Positions 52,421-59,943 of a stretch of 59,943 bases of DNA are shown here, in pieces (within the stretch, counting starts at the first letter, position 1; each line of letters starts with the position of its first letter). The stretch lies in contig CAYYLU010000003.1 in NCBI GenBank assembly GCA_964472475.1, positions 1 through 59,943 of the forward strand. The letters are read 5' to 3'. The translations under genes and the position numbers were made by a program. The notes under the pieces are model-generated. The model was not told the DNA's origin. It saw only the letters and a list, made by a program, of their open reading frames with translations, and made no database searches. Source of the DNA: an uncultured Syntrophus sp. (GTDB lineage: Bacteria > Desulfobacterota > Syntrophorhabdia > Syntrophorhabdales > Syntrophorhabdaceae).

Positions 52421-53770
52421 TCAACCGAGTACGCTCTTTACCTTATCTGCAATCTCTATGCAATATTTCTCCGTTACCGTGTCCGACGGTCCTTCAACCA
52501 TTACTCTGCACATGTTCTGAGTACCGGAGTATCGGACGAGCACCCTTCCTTCCTCGCCCAGTTCTTTTTCTATTCTCTCGATTACCTCCACAACTTCAGG
52601 CACTGCGGAGATCTCCGGTTTGCTCTTTACATCGACGTTGACCAGTTTTTGCGGAAAAATGTCCATCCATTTTGCAAGTTCCGACAGGGGTTTGCCGGTT
52701 CTGACCATTGCCGCGAGCAGTTGCATCGCGGTTACGATACCGTCTCCCGTAGTATGATGGTCAAGGAATATCATGTGGCCCGATTCTTCTCCGCCAATCA
52801 CGCTGCCGAGCTTCTGCATATCTTCCAAGACGTACCTGTCGCCCACCTTTGAAGCGTGATACTTGAACCCATACTTCTTACACGCAACCCTTAAACCCAG
52901 GTTACTCATGACTGTACTTACGAGCAGATCATTTTTTAATTTCCCCTGTTCCTTCAGTATCCTCGCACAAATGAGCAGGATCTGATCGCCGGTGATTTCC
53001 TGCCCGTTTTCGTCAACGGCAATCAGCCGGTCGCCGTCTCCATCGAAAGCAAGGCCGATCGCGGCGCCGCTCTCAAGCACACGCTTCCTCAGGTCATCTG
53101 TATGCTGAGAACCGCACTTGTCATTGATATTGATGCCATTGGGGCTGTTATGGATTACTTCGACGTTTGCTCCGAGTTCCCAGAAACACTCCGGTGCAAC
53201 CTTATATGTGGCGCCGTTTGCTGTATCGAGAACAATCTTCATCCCTTCAATGGATAACTCTCTGGGGAATGTATTCTTCAGGAAGACAATATAACGTCCA
53301 TGAACGTCTTCCAGGCGGTATGCCTGACCCATGTCTTTGACGGCAGGTACAAGGCTGTGAAGGGTGTTGCTCAGCATCAGGTCTTCAATGGCTTCTTCCT
53401 GTTCATCAGACAGTTTGTAACCGCTGCCGGAGAAAATCTTGATACCGTTATCCTGGTAAGGATTGTGCGATGCCGAAATGACTATGCCTGCGTCGGCACG
53501 CATACTCTGTGCTACAAACGAAATTCCAGGGGTCGGTAGAACCCCGAGAAGATATGGATTGCCGCCCATTGATGTGATACCGGATTCGAGAGAACTTTCC
53601 AGCATGTACCCTGAGATTCTGGTATCTTTACCGATCACGATACGTGGACGCTCGCGTCCGTTTCTCAGTATATATACGACGGCCTGCCCGAGTGCAAAGG
53701 CTATCTCCGCATTCATCGGATACCGGTTGGCCTCACCTCTAACTCCATCAGTTCCGAACAGCTTACCCAT
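52421..53770 (-). CDS. glmM: Phosphoglucosamine mutase
   Basis: MGKLFGTDGVRGEAN, the active-site GIVISASHNP, and the typical 449-aa length. Confidence 0.9.
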   Translation of the reverse strand: MGKLFGTDGVRGEANRYPMNAEIAFALGQAVVYILRNGRERPRIVIGKDTRISGYMLESSLESGITSMGGNPYLLGVLPTPGISFVAQSMRADAGIVISASHNPYQDNGIKIFSGSGYKLSDEQEEAIEDLMLSNTLHSLVPAVKDMGQAYRLEDVHGRYIVFLKNTFPRELSIEGMKIVLDTANGATYKVAPECFWELGANVEVIHNSPNGININDKCGSQHTDDLRKRVLESGAAIGLAFDGDGDRLIAVDENGQEITGDQILLICARILKEQGKLKNDLLVSTVMSNLGLRVACKKYGFKYHASKVGDRYVLEDMQKLGSVIGGEESGHMIFLDHHTTGDGIVTAMQLLAAMVRTGKPLSELAKWMDIFPQKLVNVDVKSKPEISAVPEVVEVIERIEKELGEEGRVLVRYSGTQNMCRVMVEGPSDTVTEKYCIEIADKVKSVLG

Positions 53771-53806
53771 GAAAATCCTCCTTATCTAGATTGTAGTTCA
53801 GCTAAT

Positions 53807-55072
53807 TCATTTGCAGAATACGAGCGACGGCAATAGAGATTCCGCTTTCACAACGTAACCGTCAACAATACTCTGCAACCAGAGAGTACCGGTTTTCGAA
53901 ATCTCATCGGACAGCGTCTGTATCACGTCCACGTAGCTGGACTTTGATGTTTCTCCCGCTTTCGCAAATGCCCCAAGGAAGTCATCACGATGTCTTTCAG
54001 ATACATTTTGTACGCCAGCGGAGTTAAACAGATGCTCAAGTTCTGAAAATCTCTCCTTCAACTGTCTTCTGCCCTCGATTTCAATTCGGGTTTCAGCCTC
54101 ACCCGTGGAGCCGGCGGCGACTTTTTCAGACAGCACCCGGAGCCTTTTGAGACGCTCTTTCTTTCCCAAAGAGAGTTTATCAATGAGTCCGGCAAAGATG
54201 AGCGGTCCAAATTCCTGTGGTTCGAAGAAGGACTTACGGACCAATTTGTACCACTCCTCAAGAGCGAGCAGATTTGCCAGATAGATAATGTTGTTTTCCA
54301 CAATCCGGCGGAGATTCGGATAGGCTCTCGGTTCAAAATCCATTACCTTTCCCGGGGCATTCTTTCCGACAACCAGTTTATTGTCTTCGATATAGTCGGA
54401 CCGGAGGATGGAATTGGCGGCAATAACGTTGCCGTACCCGATCCGGCAAGGGCCGACCATCCCGCCCTGACCACCCAGAAAAATAGCAGGTTGATTAAGC
54501 ATTACTCCGCGCGGTACATCGCCGATCAACGAAGCCGTTGTTTTATCTCCATCGGGTGTATAGTTGAAATGAATATACGAACTCCCGACCTCACTGTGAG
54601 TCTTCCTGCTCGTACCCCCTGCCATGAAACAATCACAAAAGTTTATGAGGCTTCCGAGGGTCACAAAAGGGAAAAGGATGGTTTGTTTGAGACCGACACA
54701 ATGTGCCCCGTTCGCCTCCTCTTCGAGAATACAACCCTCTCTTACCTGGGCTCCCGATCCCATATTTGCCTTCTCCAGGAAGGTTGACTTATTGAAATAT
54801 CCGCCCTTTAATTCTACTTTCGGACCGAGCTGGCAGTCATCCAGAGTCACCGGCGCCTCGTAACCGAGTTTGCACCCCGAAGATATAATTGTTGCCGAAC
54901 CATATATGCGGCAACCGGGATAGATCTTCGTGCCGTTTCCGGATATTTGATTGATGTCGACTTCGTCTCCGATATCTACAGTGGCAGGATTTGAAATGCT
55001 GACACCTTTTCTAGTCAGCTGGACTGTCTTTTCGTAGCTTGCCGGTTGATCCATTTCTTCCTCCATACTCAA
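53807..55072 (-). CDS. Left-handed beta-helix (hexapeptide-repeat) protein, GlmU acetyltransferase-domain-like, with a C-terminal helical extension; no NTP-transferase domain
   Basis: Imperfect hexapeptide periodicity through residues ~30-250 (IGDEVDI, IYPGCRIYG, LGPKVELKG, IGYGNVIAANSIL). 421 aa. First gene of the operon with glmM. Confidence 0.65.
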   Translation of the reverse strand: MSMEEEMDQPASYEKTVQLTRKGVSISNPATVDIGDEVDINQISGNGTKIYPGCRIYGSATIISSGCKLGYEAPVTLDDCQLGPKVELKGGYFNKSTFLEKANMGSGAQVREGCILEEEANGAHCVGLKQTILFPFVTLGSLINFCDCFMAGGTSRKTHSEVGSSYIHFNYTPDGDKTTASLIGDVPRGVMLNQPAIFLGGQGGMVGPCRIGYGNVIAANSILRSDYIEDNKLVVGKNAPGKVMDFEPRAYPNLRRIVENNIIYLANLLALEEWYKLVRKSFFEPQEFGPLIFAGLIDKLSLGKKERLKRLRVLSEKVAAGSTGEAETRIEIEGRRQLKERFSELEHLFNSAGVQNVSERHRDDFLGAFAKAGETSKSSYVDVIQTLSDEISKTGTLWLQSIVDGYVVKAESLLPSLVFCK

Positions 55073-55212
55073 AGAAAATCAAGTACAGCCATTAAGATTT
55101 TTGATAAACGTTTGTGCGAATAGAAAGCAAGGTCTTTGCCTATCCGTGACTTCATACTTGCCTGATGATGAACTTCAGTAAAATATCACGTTTTCAATTC
55201 ACTGGCAATTGA

Positions 55213-55391
55213 TTAATCCCGAATTTGTCATTAGGCGGAATGTCAGATTTCCTCAAGCAAACCCTCACGAGGCAAGGAAGCTTGGTCTTTTGTGTAAGCA
55301 AAAGTTCCAAAGCCGAGTGGGAGCGACTGGAGCCGCAGGAGCAAAAGGAGCGTGTTTGCGGAGGAAGTCTCGACATGGAGCGGATCTAACG
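55213..55391 (-). ncRNA. Conserved non-coding element, copy B (candidate structured RNA / 5' leader of the LbH-glmM-nagB operon)
   Basis: Its reverse complement aligns to copy A: block 1 at 55367..55311, block 2 at 55266..55213. Its own insert hairpin is CTTTTG-N6-CAAAAG (55304..55287). It ends ~140 nt upstream of the ATG at 55072. Confidence 0.45.
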
Positions 55392-55550
55392 ACAAATTTG
55401 GGTTAATTGAGTGCCCTGTATGACTTTTATGAAACAAATTAGGATCTACGGAAAGAGTCATAAACGAAAGATCTCGGAAGACCTTCTCCCGTCTCACTGA
55501 TATGGAAAAAGCCTTGCCCCTTTAACGAGTCCTTTGAAGCGGCATGAAGA

Positions 55551-56531
55551 TCAAACGCGAATACACGCTACCTGATGATTATCCCCGATCTCCCGCAGCA
55601 CAGGAACATCTTTACTGCATTCAGGGGTTGCGATGGGGCATCTGGGGTGGAAGGTACATCCACTGGGGGGATTCAAAGGACTCGGCACATCTCCCTGGAG
55701 GATCACCCGTTCCCGTTTCTCTTCTACTTCAGGATCAGGGATCGGCACAGCAGACAACAGTGCCTTTGTATACGGGTGCAGGGGACTCTCATAGAGGGCC
55801 TTCCAGTCGGTGATCTCAACGATATGCCCCAGATACATGACGGCGACTCTGTCACTGATGTGGCGTACAACAGAGAGGTCATGGGCGACAAACAGGTAGG
55901 TGAGACCCAGCTTCTCCTGCAGTTCCTGAAGAAGATTAATGACCTGCGCCTGAATGGAGACGTCAAGCGCCGATATAGGTTCATCACAGACGATGAAGGA
56001 GGGGTTACTGGCAAGTGCCCTGGCAATACCGATACGCTGTCTCTGACCTCCGGAGAACTCATGAGGTACTCTATCCGCCATACCGGGATCAAGTCCTACC
56101 ATACGGAAGAGTTCCGCAACCCGGTCTTGATACTCTGAGTCTTTTGCAACGAGTTCATGGACGGTTAGAGGTTCACCGACGATATTGCCTGCAGTCTGTC
56201 TCGGATCAAGTGAACTATAGGGGTCCTGGAAGATAAGCTGCATCTTTTTACGCAAGGGCCTGATCCTATTCTTCGGCCACCCTGCTATGTCTTGTCCTTC
56301 AAAAAGGATCTTACCGGTCGTGGGGGTATAGAGTCGTAAGATACAGCGGGCAACGGTCGTCTTACCGCAGCCACTCTCACCGACTAAACCCAGTGTTTCT
56401 CCCTGTCTGATGGAGAAGCTCACATTATCAACGGCCTTGACGTTGGCAACGGTCTTCTTCATGAGTCCGCGGGTCACCGGGAAGTACATCCGTAAGTCTT
56501 GTACATCTATGAGTATATTGTTATCGGACAA
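55551..56531 (-). CDS. Oligopeptide/dipeptide ABC transporter ATP-binding protein (OppF/DppF type)
   Basis: Walker [10 protein letters not shown], signature FSGGQRQR, and a C-terminal oligopeptide-type extension with Cys residues. Confidence 0.9.
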   Translation of the reverse strand: MSDNNILIDVQDLRMYFPVTRGLMKKTVANVKAVDNVSFSIRQGETLGLVGESGCGKTTVARCILRLYTPTTGKILFEGQDIAGWPKNRIRPLRKKMQLIFQDPYSSLDPRQTAGNIVGEPLTVHELVAKDSEYQDRVAELFRMVGLDPGMADRVPHEFSGGQRQRIGIARALASNPSFIVCDEPISALDVSIQAQVINLLQELQEKLGLTYLFVAHDLSVVRHISDRVAVMYLGHIVEITDWKALYESPLHPYTKALLSAVPIPDPEVEEKRERVILQGDVPSPLNPPSGCTFHPRCPIATPECSKDVPVLREIGDNHQVACIRV

Positions 56532-56549
56532 GAAGAATACCTCACTTCT

Positions 56550-57533
56550 TTAGAGTTCGCGATGACAGGCGGTATAGTGTATGCCGCCTATCTGTCTTAA
56601 TTCCGGCCGCACTTGTGTATTGCACGCATCTTCTCTGTAAAAGCATCTCGGATAGAATGCGCATCGTTGCGGCATATTCCGTAGGCTCGGGGGAAGACCG
56701 GCTATAGGAACGAGTTTTCTGCCTTTGGGTTCATCAAGTCGCGGGACGGATTTGAGAAGTCCTACCGTATAGGGGTGCTTCGGGTTCGAGAAGATGTCTT
56801 TCGAGGTACCGGACTCCACAACCCTGCCTGCGTACATGACGTAGATTCTCTGGGCATATCTCGCCACAACTCCGAGGTTATGGGTGACGATAAGCAGGGA
56901 TGTATTGAACTCTTTGACTTTATCCCTTAAGACCTCCAGGATCTGCGCCTGGATGGTGACGTCAAGTGCGGTCGTGGGTTCATCTGCGATTAAGAGCTTT
57001 GGGTTACACGATAATGCGATTGCGATCATGACCCTTTGGCGCATACCACCGGAGAACTGATGGGGATAGTCATCTATCCTCTTCTCTGCATCGGGAATAC
57101 CCATAAGCTGTACAAGTTCAATGGCACGGACCCGTGCCGCATTCGTATCGAGCTTTAAGTGCAGCTTCACCGTCTCTGCGATCTGCTGACCGATGGTGAG
57201 TACGGGGTTTAGCGAAGTCATCGGTTCCTGAAAGATGATCCCGATCTTACCGCCTCTGATCTCACGCATACCGCCGCCATCACGATCAAAGGTCAGCACA
57301 TCGACACCCTGCAGGAGGGCTTCTCCTGAGATGATCTTACCGGGAGGCGATGCGATGAGCTGCAGGACGGAGAGTTGGGTGACCGATTTACCGCAGCCAC
57401 TCTCACCGACGAGACCTACGATCTCTCCTTCATCGATATAGTAGGATACACCGTCAACCGCACGGACAATACCTGCATCCGTATGGAACTCAGTAACCAG
57501 GTTTCTTACATCAAGCAAGTGTTCAGATGCCAT
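56550..57533 (-). CDS. Oligopeptide/dipeptide ABC transporter ATP-binding protein (OppD/DppD type)
   Basis: Start [12 protein letters not shown] at 57533. Walker A GESGCGKS, signature FSGGMRQR. Confidence 0.9.
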   Translation of the reverse strand: MASEHLLDVRNLVTEFHTDAGIVRAVDGVSYYIDEGEIVGLVGESGCGKSVTQLSVLQLIASPPGKIISGEALLQGVDVLTFDRDGGGMREIRGGKIGIIFQEPMTSLNPVLTIGQQIAETVKLHLKLDTNAARVRAIELVQLMGIPDAEKRIDDYPHQFSGGMRQRVMIAIALSCNPKLLIADEPTTALDVTIQAQILEVLRDKVKEFNTSLLIVTHNLGVVARYAQRIYVMYAGRVVESGTSKDIFSNPKHPYTVGLLKSVPRLDEPKGRKLVPIAGLPPSLRNMPQRCAFYPRCFYREDACNTQVRPELRQIGGIHYTACHREL

Positions 57534-57540
57534 AGGACCT

Positions 57541-58437
57541 CTATAGTGTACCTCTGAGTCTGGGATCAAGTGCATCCCTTAAACCATCACCGACAAAGTT
57601 AAACGCGAGCACGACGAGCATGATCGCGAATCCGGGTGCGAAAGAGAGTATCGGGTTGCTTAACAGATACCGGTACCCGTCGTTGACCATTGAACCCCAT
57701 GCTGCTCCGGGGGGACGGATGCCTATACCGAGAAAAGACAATGCCGCCTCTGCAAGGATCGCGACACCCAGGTTCAGGGTGATTAGAACGATGAGAGGGG
57801 ACAGACAGTTCGGGAAGATATGGGAGAACATGATCCGGATGTTGCTTGCGCCGATCACTTCACCCGCTGTCACGTAATCCGCCTGCTTGACGGTTAAGAC
57901 CTGGCCGCGCATGAGTCTCGCCTGCGTGGGGATCAGAGAAACACCCAGTGATATGATGACGTTTGATAACCCGCCACCTAAGGCAGCGGCAATAGCGAGT
58001 GCCAGCATGATCGGGGGGATCGCCATTAAGGCATCGATAAAGCGCATGATGATCGTATTGATGAATCCACCGAAATACCCTGCGACGAGTCCTAAGAGCA
58101 TACCAATCACTGCCGCGACACCGACGGAGACGATACCGACGAGTAGGGATACGCGGGTACCATAGATAATACGGCTAAGTTCATCTCTTCCTAAGGGATC
58201 GGTACCCAAAAGGTGTGCTCTCGAAGGGCTCTGGAGAGACTCACTCAAGTTCTGTGCATAGGGGTCATAGGGGGCTATAAAGGGGGCGAAGATCGCGGTC
58301 ACAATGAGTGCAAAGATGATGACGGCACCGAAGATAACGACTTTACGGGAGAGGAATACCCTCCAGAATCGCCGCCACTCATTTATCTTGAGCGGGGTCT
58401 CGGTCAGATCGTTTGCAACTGCTATGGCGTCTGCCAT
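57541..58437 (-). CDS. Oligopeptide/dipeptide ABC transporter permease (OppC/DppC type)
   Basis: Polytopic. An EAA-like loop region (GASNIRIMFSHIFPN). Confidence 0.9.
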   Translation of the reverse strand: MADAIAVANDLTETPLKINEWRRFWRVFLSRKVVIFGAVIIFALIVTAIFAPFIAPYDPYAQNLSESLQSPSRAHLLGTDPLGRDELSRIIYGTRVSLLVGIVSVGVAAVIGMLLGLVAGYFGGFINTIIMRFIDALMAIPPIMLALAIAAALGGGLSNVIISLGVSLIPTQARLMRGQVLTVKQADYVTAGEVIGASNIRIMFSHIFPNCLSPLIVLITLNLGVAILAEAALSFLGIGIRPPGAAWGSMVNDGYRYLLSNPILSFAPGFAIMLVVLAFNFVGDGLRDALDPRLRGTL

Positions 58438-58461
58438 ACCTACATTACTCCTTTATCCGTA

Positions 58462-59409
58462 TCAATCCTCATAGCGTATTCTGGGATCAAAATACCCGTA
58501 GGAGATATCGACTAAGAGGTTGGCGAGAGCGACAACCAATGCTATCATGACGATGCACCCCTGGACAACGAGAAAGTCCTTATCGAAGACGGCTCTCACC
58601 ATGAGTCTTCCGATGCCGGGTATATTGAAGACTGTCTCTACTAATACCGATCCACCGACCAGGTTCCTGAGCTGTATACCGATTAAGGTAATAACCGGGA
58701 TGATGGCATTCTTTAATGCATGACCGGTAATGATTGCTCTTTCTTTTAAACCCTTGGAACGTGCCGTCCTGATGTAGTCCTGTCTGATCACCTCGAGCAT
58801 GCTGGAGCGGGTCTGACGCGCAAGCGATGCCAAAGGGACGACGGCGAGGCAGATTGCAGGCATAATGATCTGTCGTGTATTCAGCCACAGATCACTGAAA
58901 GGAGATGTGTACCCTTGAACGGGAAGCCAGCCCAGTTTCAATGAGAAGAAATAGACTCCTAAAATACCGAGCCAGAATAAGGGGATTGCCATGCCGAGGT
59001 TGGCGGATACCGTAATGAACGAATCGACTAATCCGCCACGCCTGACTGCACTGATAACCCCTGCGGGGATACTGATGATGGTACTTAAGATGAGGGCAAT
59101 GAATCCCAGGTGGAAGGTAATAGGCAGACGGGTAATAATGAGGTCTGTTACCTTTTCACTATATATTATTGATTTACCGAAGTTGCCCTGGACGACATTA
59201 AAGAGCCAGTTTACATACTGGACCATGAAGGGACGATCTAAACCCAGCTCTGTTCTTAGCGCATCAATCTGTGCCTGAGAGGCCTCCTGACCGAGCATGG
59301 TAACAACAGGATCACCGGGGATGAGATGTAAAAGGAGAAAAGCGAAGAAACTGACGACGATAAGTACAACCACGGTCTGCATTAATCGTCGGATAATGAA
59401 GGTACCCAT
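58462..59409 (-). CDS. Oligopeptide/dipeptide ABC transporter permease (OppB/DppB type)
   Basis: N-terminus MGTFIIRRLMQTVVVL, and the YIRTARSKGL EAA motif. Confidence 0.9.
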   Translation of the reverse strand: MGTFIIRRLMQTVVVLIVVSFFAFLLLHLIPGDPVVTMLGQEASQAQIDALRTELGLDRPFMVQYVNWLFNVVQGNFGKSIIYSEKVTDLIITRLPITFHLGFIALILSTIISIPAGVISAVRRGGLVDSFITVSANLGMAIPLFWLGILGVYFFSLKLGWLPVQGYTSPFSDLWLNTRQIIMPAICLAVVPLASLARQTRSSMLEVIRQDYIRTARSKGLKERAIITGHALKNAIIPVITLIGIQLRNLVGGSVLVETVFNIPGIGRLMVRAVFDKDFLVVQGCIVMIALVVALANLLVDISYGYFDPRIRYED

Positions 59410-59422
59410 AAGAAGCTATTTC

Positions 59423-59451
59423 TTATACTCTCAATAAAAGGAGGATGTCAA
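59423..59451 (-). promoter_or_regulatory. Sigma70-like promoter TTGACA-N17-GTATAA directly upstream of the permease gene
   Basis: On the minus strand the -35 lies at 59451..59446 and the -10 at 59428..59423. The ATG at 59409 is 13 nt after the -10, with no Shine-Dalgarno sequence. Confidence 0.35.
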
Positions 59452-59943
59452 ATCTTTTTTTGATACTTTCCTTCAATGTGCGTGACATCGAACAGATGAA
59501 TTGATGAGCTCCCGAAAGGCTGACAGTCCAACAAGAGAGCTGCACGCGTTGTCATATGGTGATGCAGGAGACAACAAACATGTGAACGGACATTGGCCTT
59601 ATTGTCGTACCAATGAAGTACTTGACCGGAAATAACAACAGCTTTCTATTTGGTCCGGCAGATGTAAGTTTATGCGCAGTCAGGTAACCTATGGTGGATA
59701 ACCATTTAATATTCTTCCATAAGTTCCTATACTCCGGTAAGAACAGTTTTCATATGACTCAGGTTACAGACTTCCGGATGATTCACCATGGGGAAGGCGT
59801 GCCGGAAATCTAATGAACACTCGAATGGCGTTCCTTCTTGCCGCGGTTCCGCTGTCTCGACGCGAAGCTCGAAATTGCCTGCAGGCCGGTTTTAATCTGC
59901 CCGGCGAAAGCACGAACGGAGACAACTTTCATGTTGACAGTAC

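Noticed and set aside
464-55391. The two inverted copies as ends of a 55-kb composite transposon or invertible segment
   Set aside because: There is no transposase or recombinase. The interior is housekeeping content (liv, ccs, glmM, msr). The copies are only partly similar, have no terminal inverted repeats or target duplications that I could see, and each sits in a promoter-proximal position.
1-59943. CRISPR arrays, tRNA/rRNA genes, prophage, integrase or toxin-antitoxin/defence islands
   Set aside because: Scanning by eye found no regularly spaced direct repeats, no tRNA-like T-arm/acceptor patterns in the intergenic gaps, and no recognisable phage, integrase or known defence-gene motifs. 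A by-eye scan can miss small RNAs, so tRNAscan-SE, Infernal and a defence-system finder should confirm this.

Overview
I read this 59.9-kb chromosomal window by eye, using the supplied ORF track. I call about 58 protein-coding genes or gene remnants. I found no rRNA, tRNA, CRISPR array, transposase or integrase.

Gene content, in order:
- SDR and serC.
- A complete liv-type branched-chain amino-acid ABC operon.
- A 5' remnant of dinB.
- An aldo/keto reductase and a PucR-type regulator.
- An M48 lipoprotein peptidase, a flavodoxin/ferredoxin fusion and a geranylgeranyl-reductase-like flavoprotein.
- System II cytochrome c biogenesis (resB/ccsA).
- A trio of a TIGR04076-like protein, an isochorismatase-like protein and a reductive-dehalogenase-like protein.
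- A 6.4-kb co-directional redox array: Fur/PerR, SOD, rubrerythrin, an orphan glycyl-radical enzyme, an 8-Cys miniprotein, MsrA and an MBL hydrolase.
- A DUF853 ATPase.
- A methyltransferase / DNPH1-like / U32 operon.
- A GT2 synthase with a PEGA protein.
- cspA.
- An envelope module of Lpp/OprI-type lipoproteins, an L,D-transpeptidase and a YafK(DpaA)-like protein.
- msrP.
- A transglutaminase-like protein and a GNAT.
- An amino-sugar operon: LbH protein, glmM, nagB-like, Pol-beta-type NTase.
- Peptide ABC permease and ATPase genes with no binding-protein gene.

Host inference only: an anaerobic, diderm, selenocysteine-decoding bacterium. Desulfobacterota-like is a guess.

Most notable observations:
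1. Two diverged, oppositely oriented copies of a 180-230 nt non-coding element sit upstream of two unrelated operons. Each has two conserved cores separated by a variable hairpin insert. This is a candidate structured RNA that I could not assign to a known family.
2. A compact module holds two C-terminal-Lys Lpp/OprI-like lipoproteins, an ErfK-type L,D-transpeptidase and a YafK/DpaA-like enzyme.
3. A DNPH1-like N-hydrolase is translationally coupled to an RlhA/TrhP-type Fe-S U32 protein, downstream of a SAM methyltransferase.
4. MsrA and a zinc-finger Trx2-type thioredoxin each carry an in-frame UGA exactly at the catalytic Cys position, so both are likely selenoproteins that the ORF track splits.
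5. A terminator/antiterminator leader containing a 4-codon mini-ORF precedes an MBL-fold gene.

All homology statements are recognition from memory of family motifs. No searches were run.
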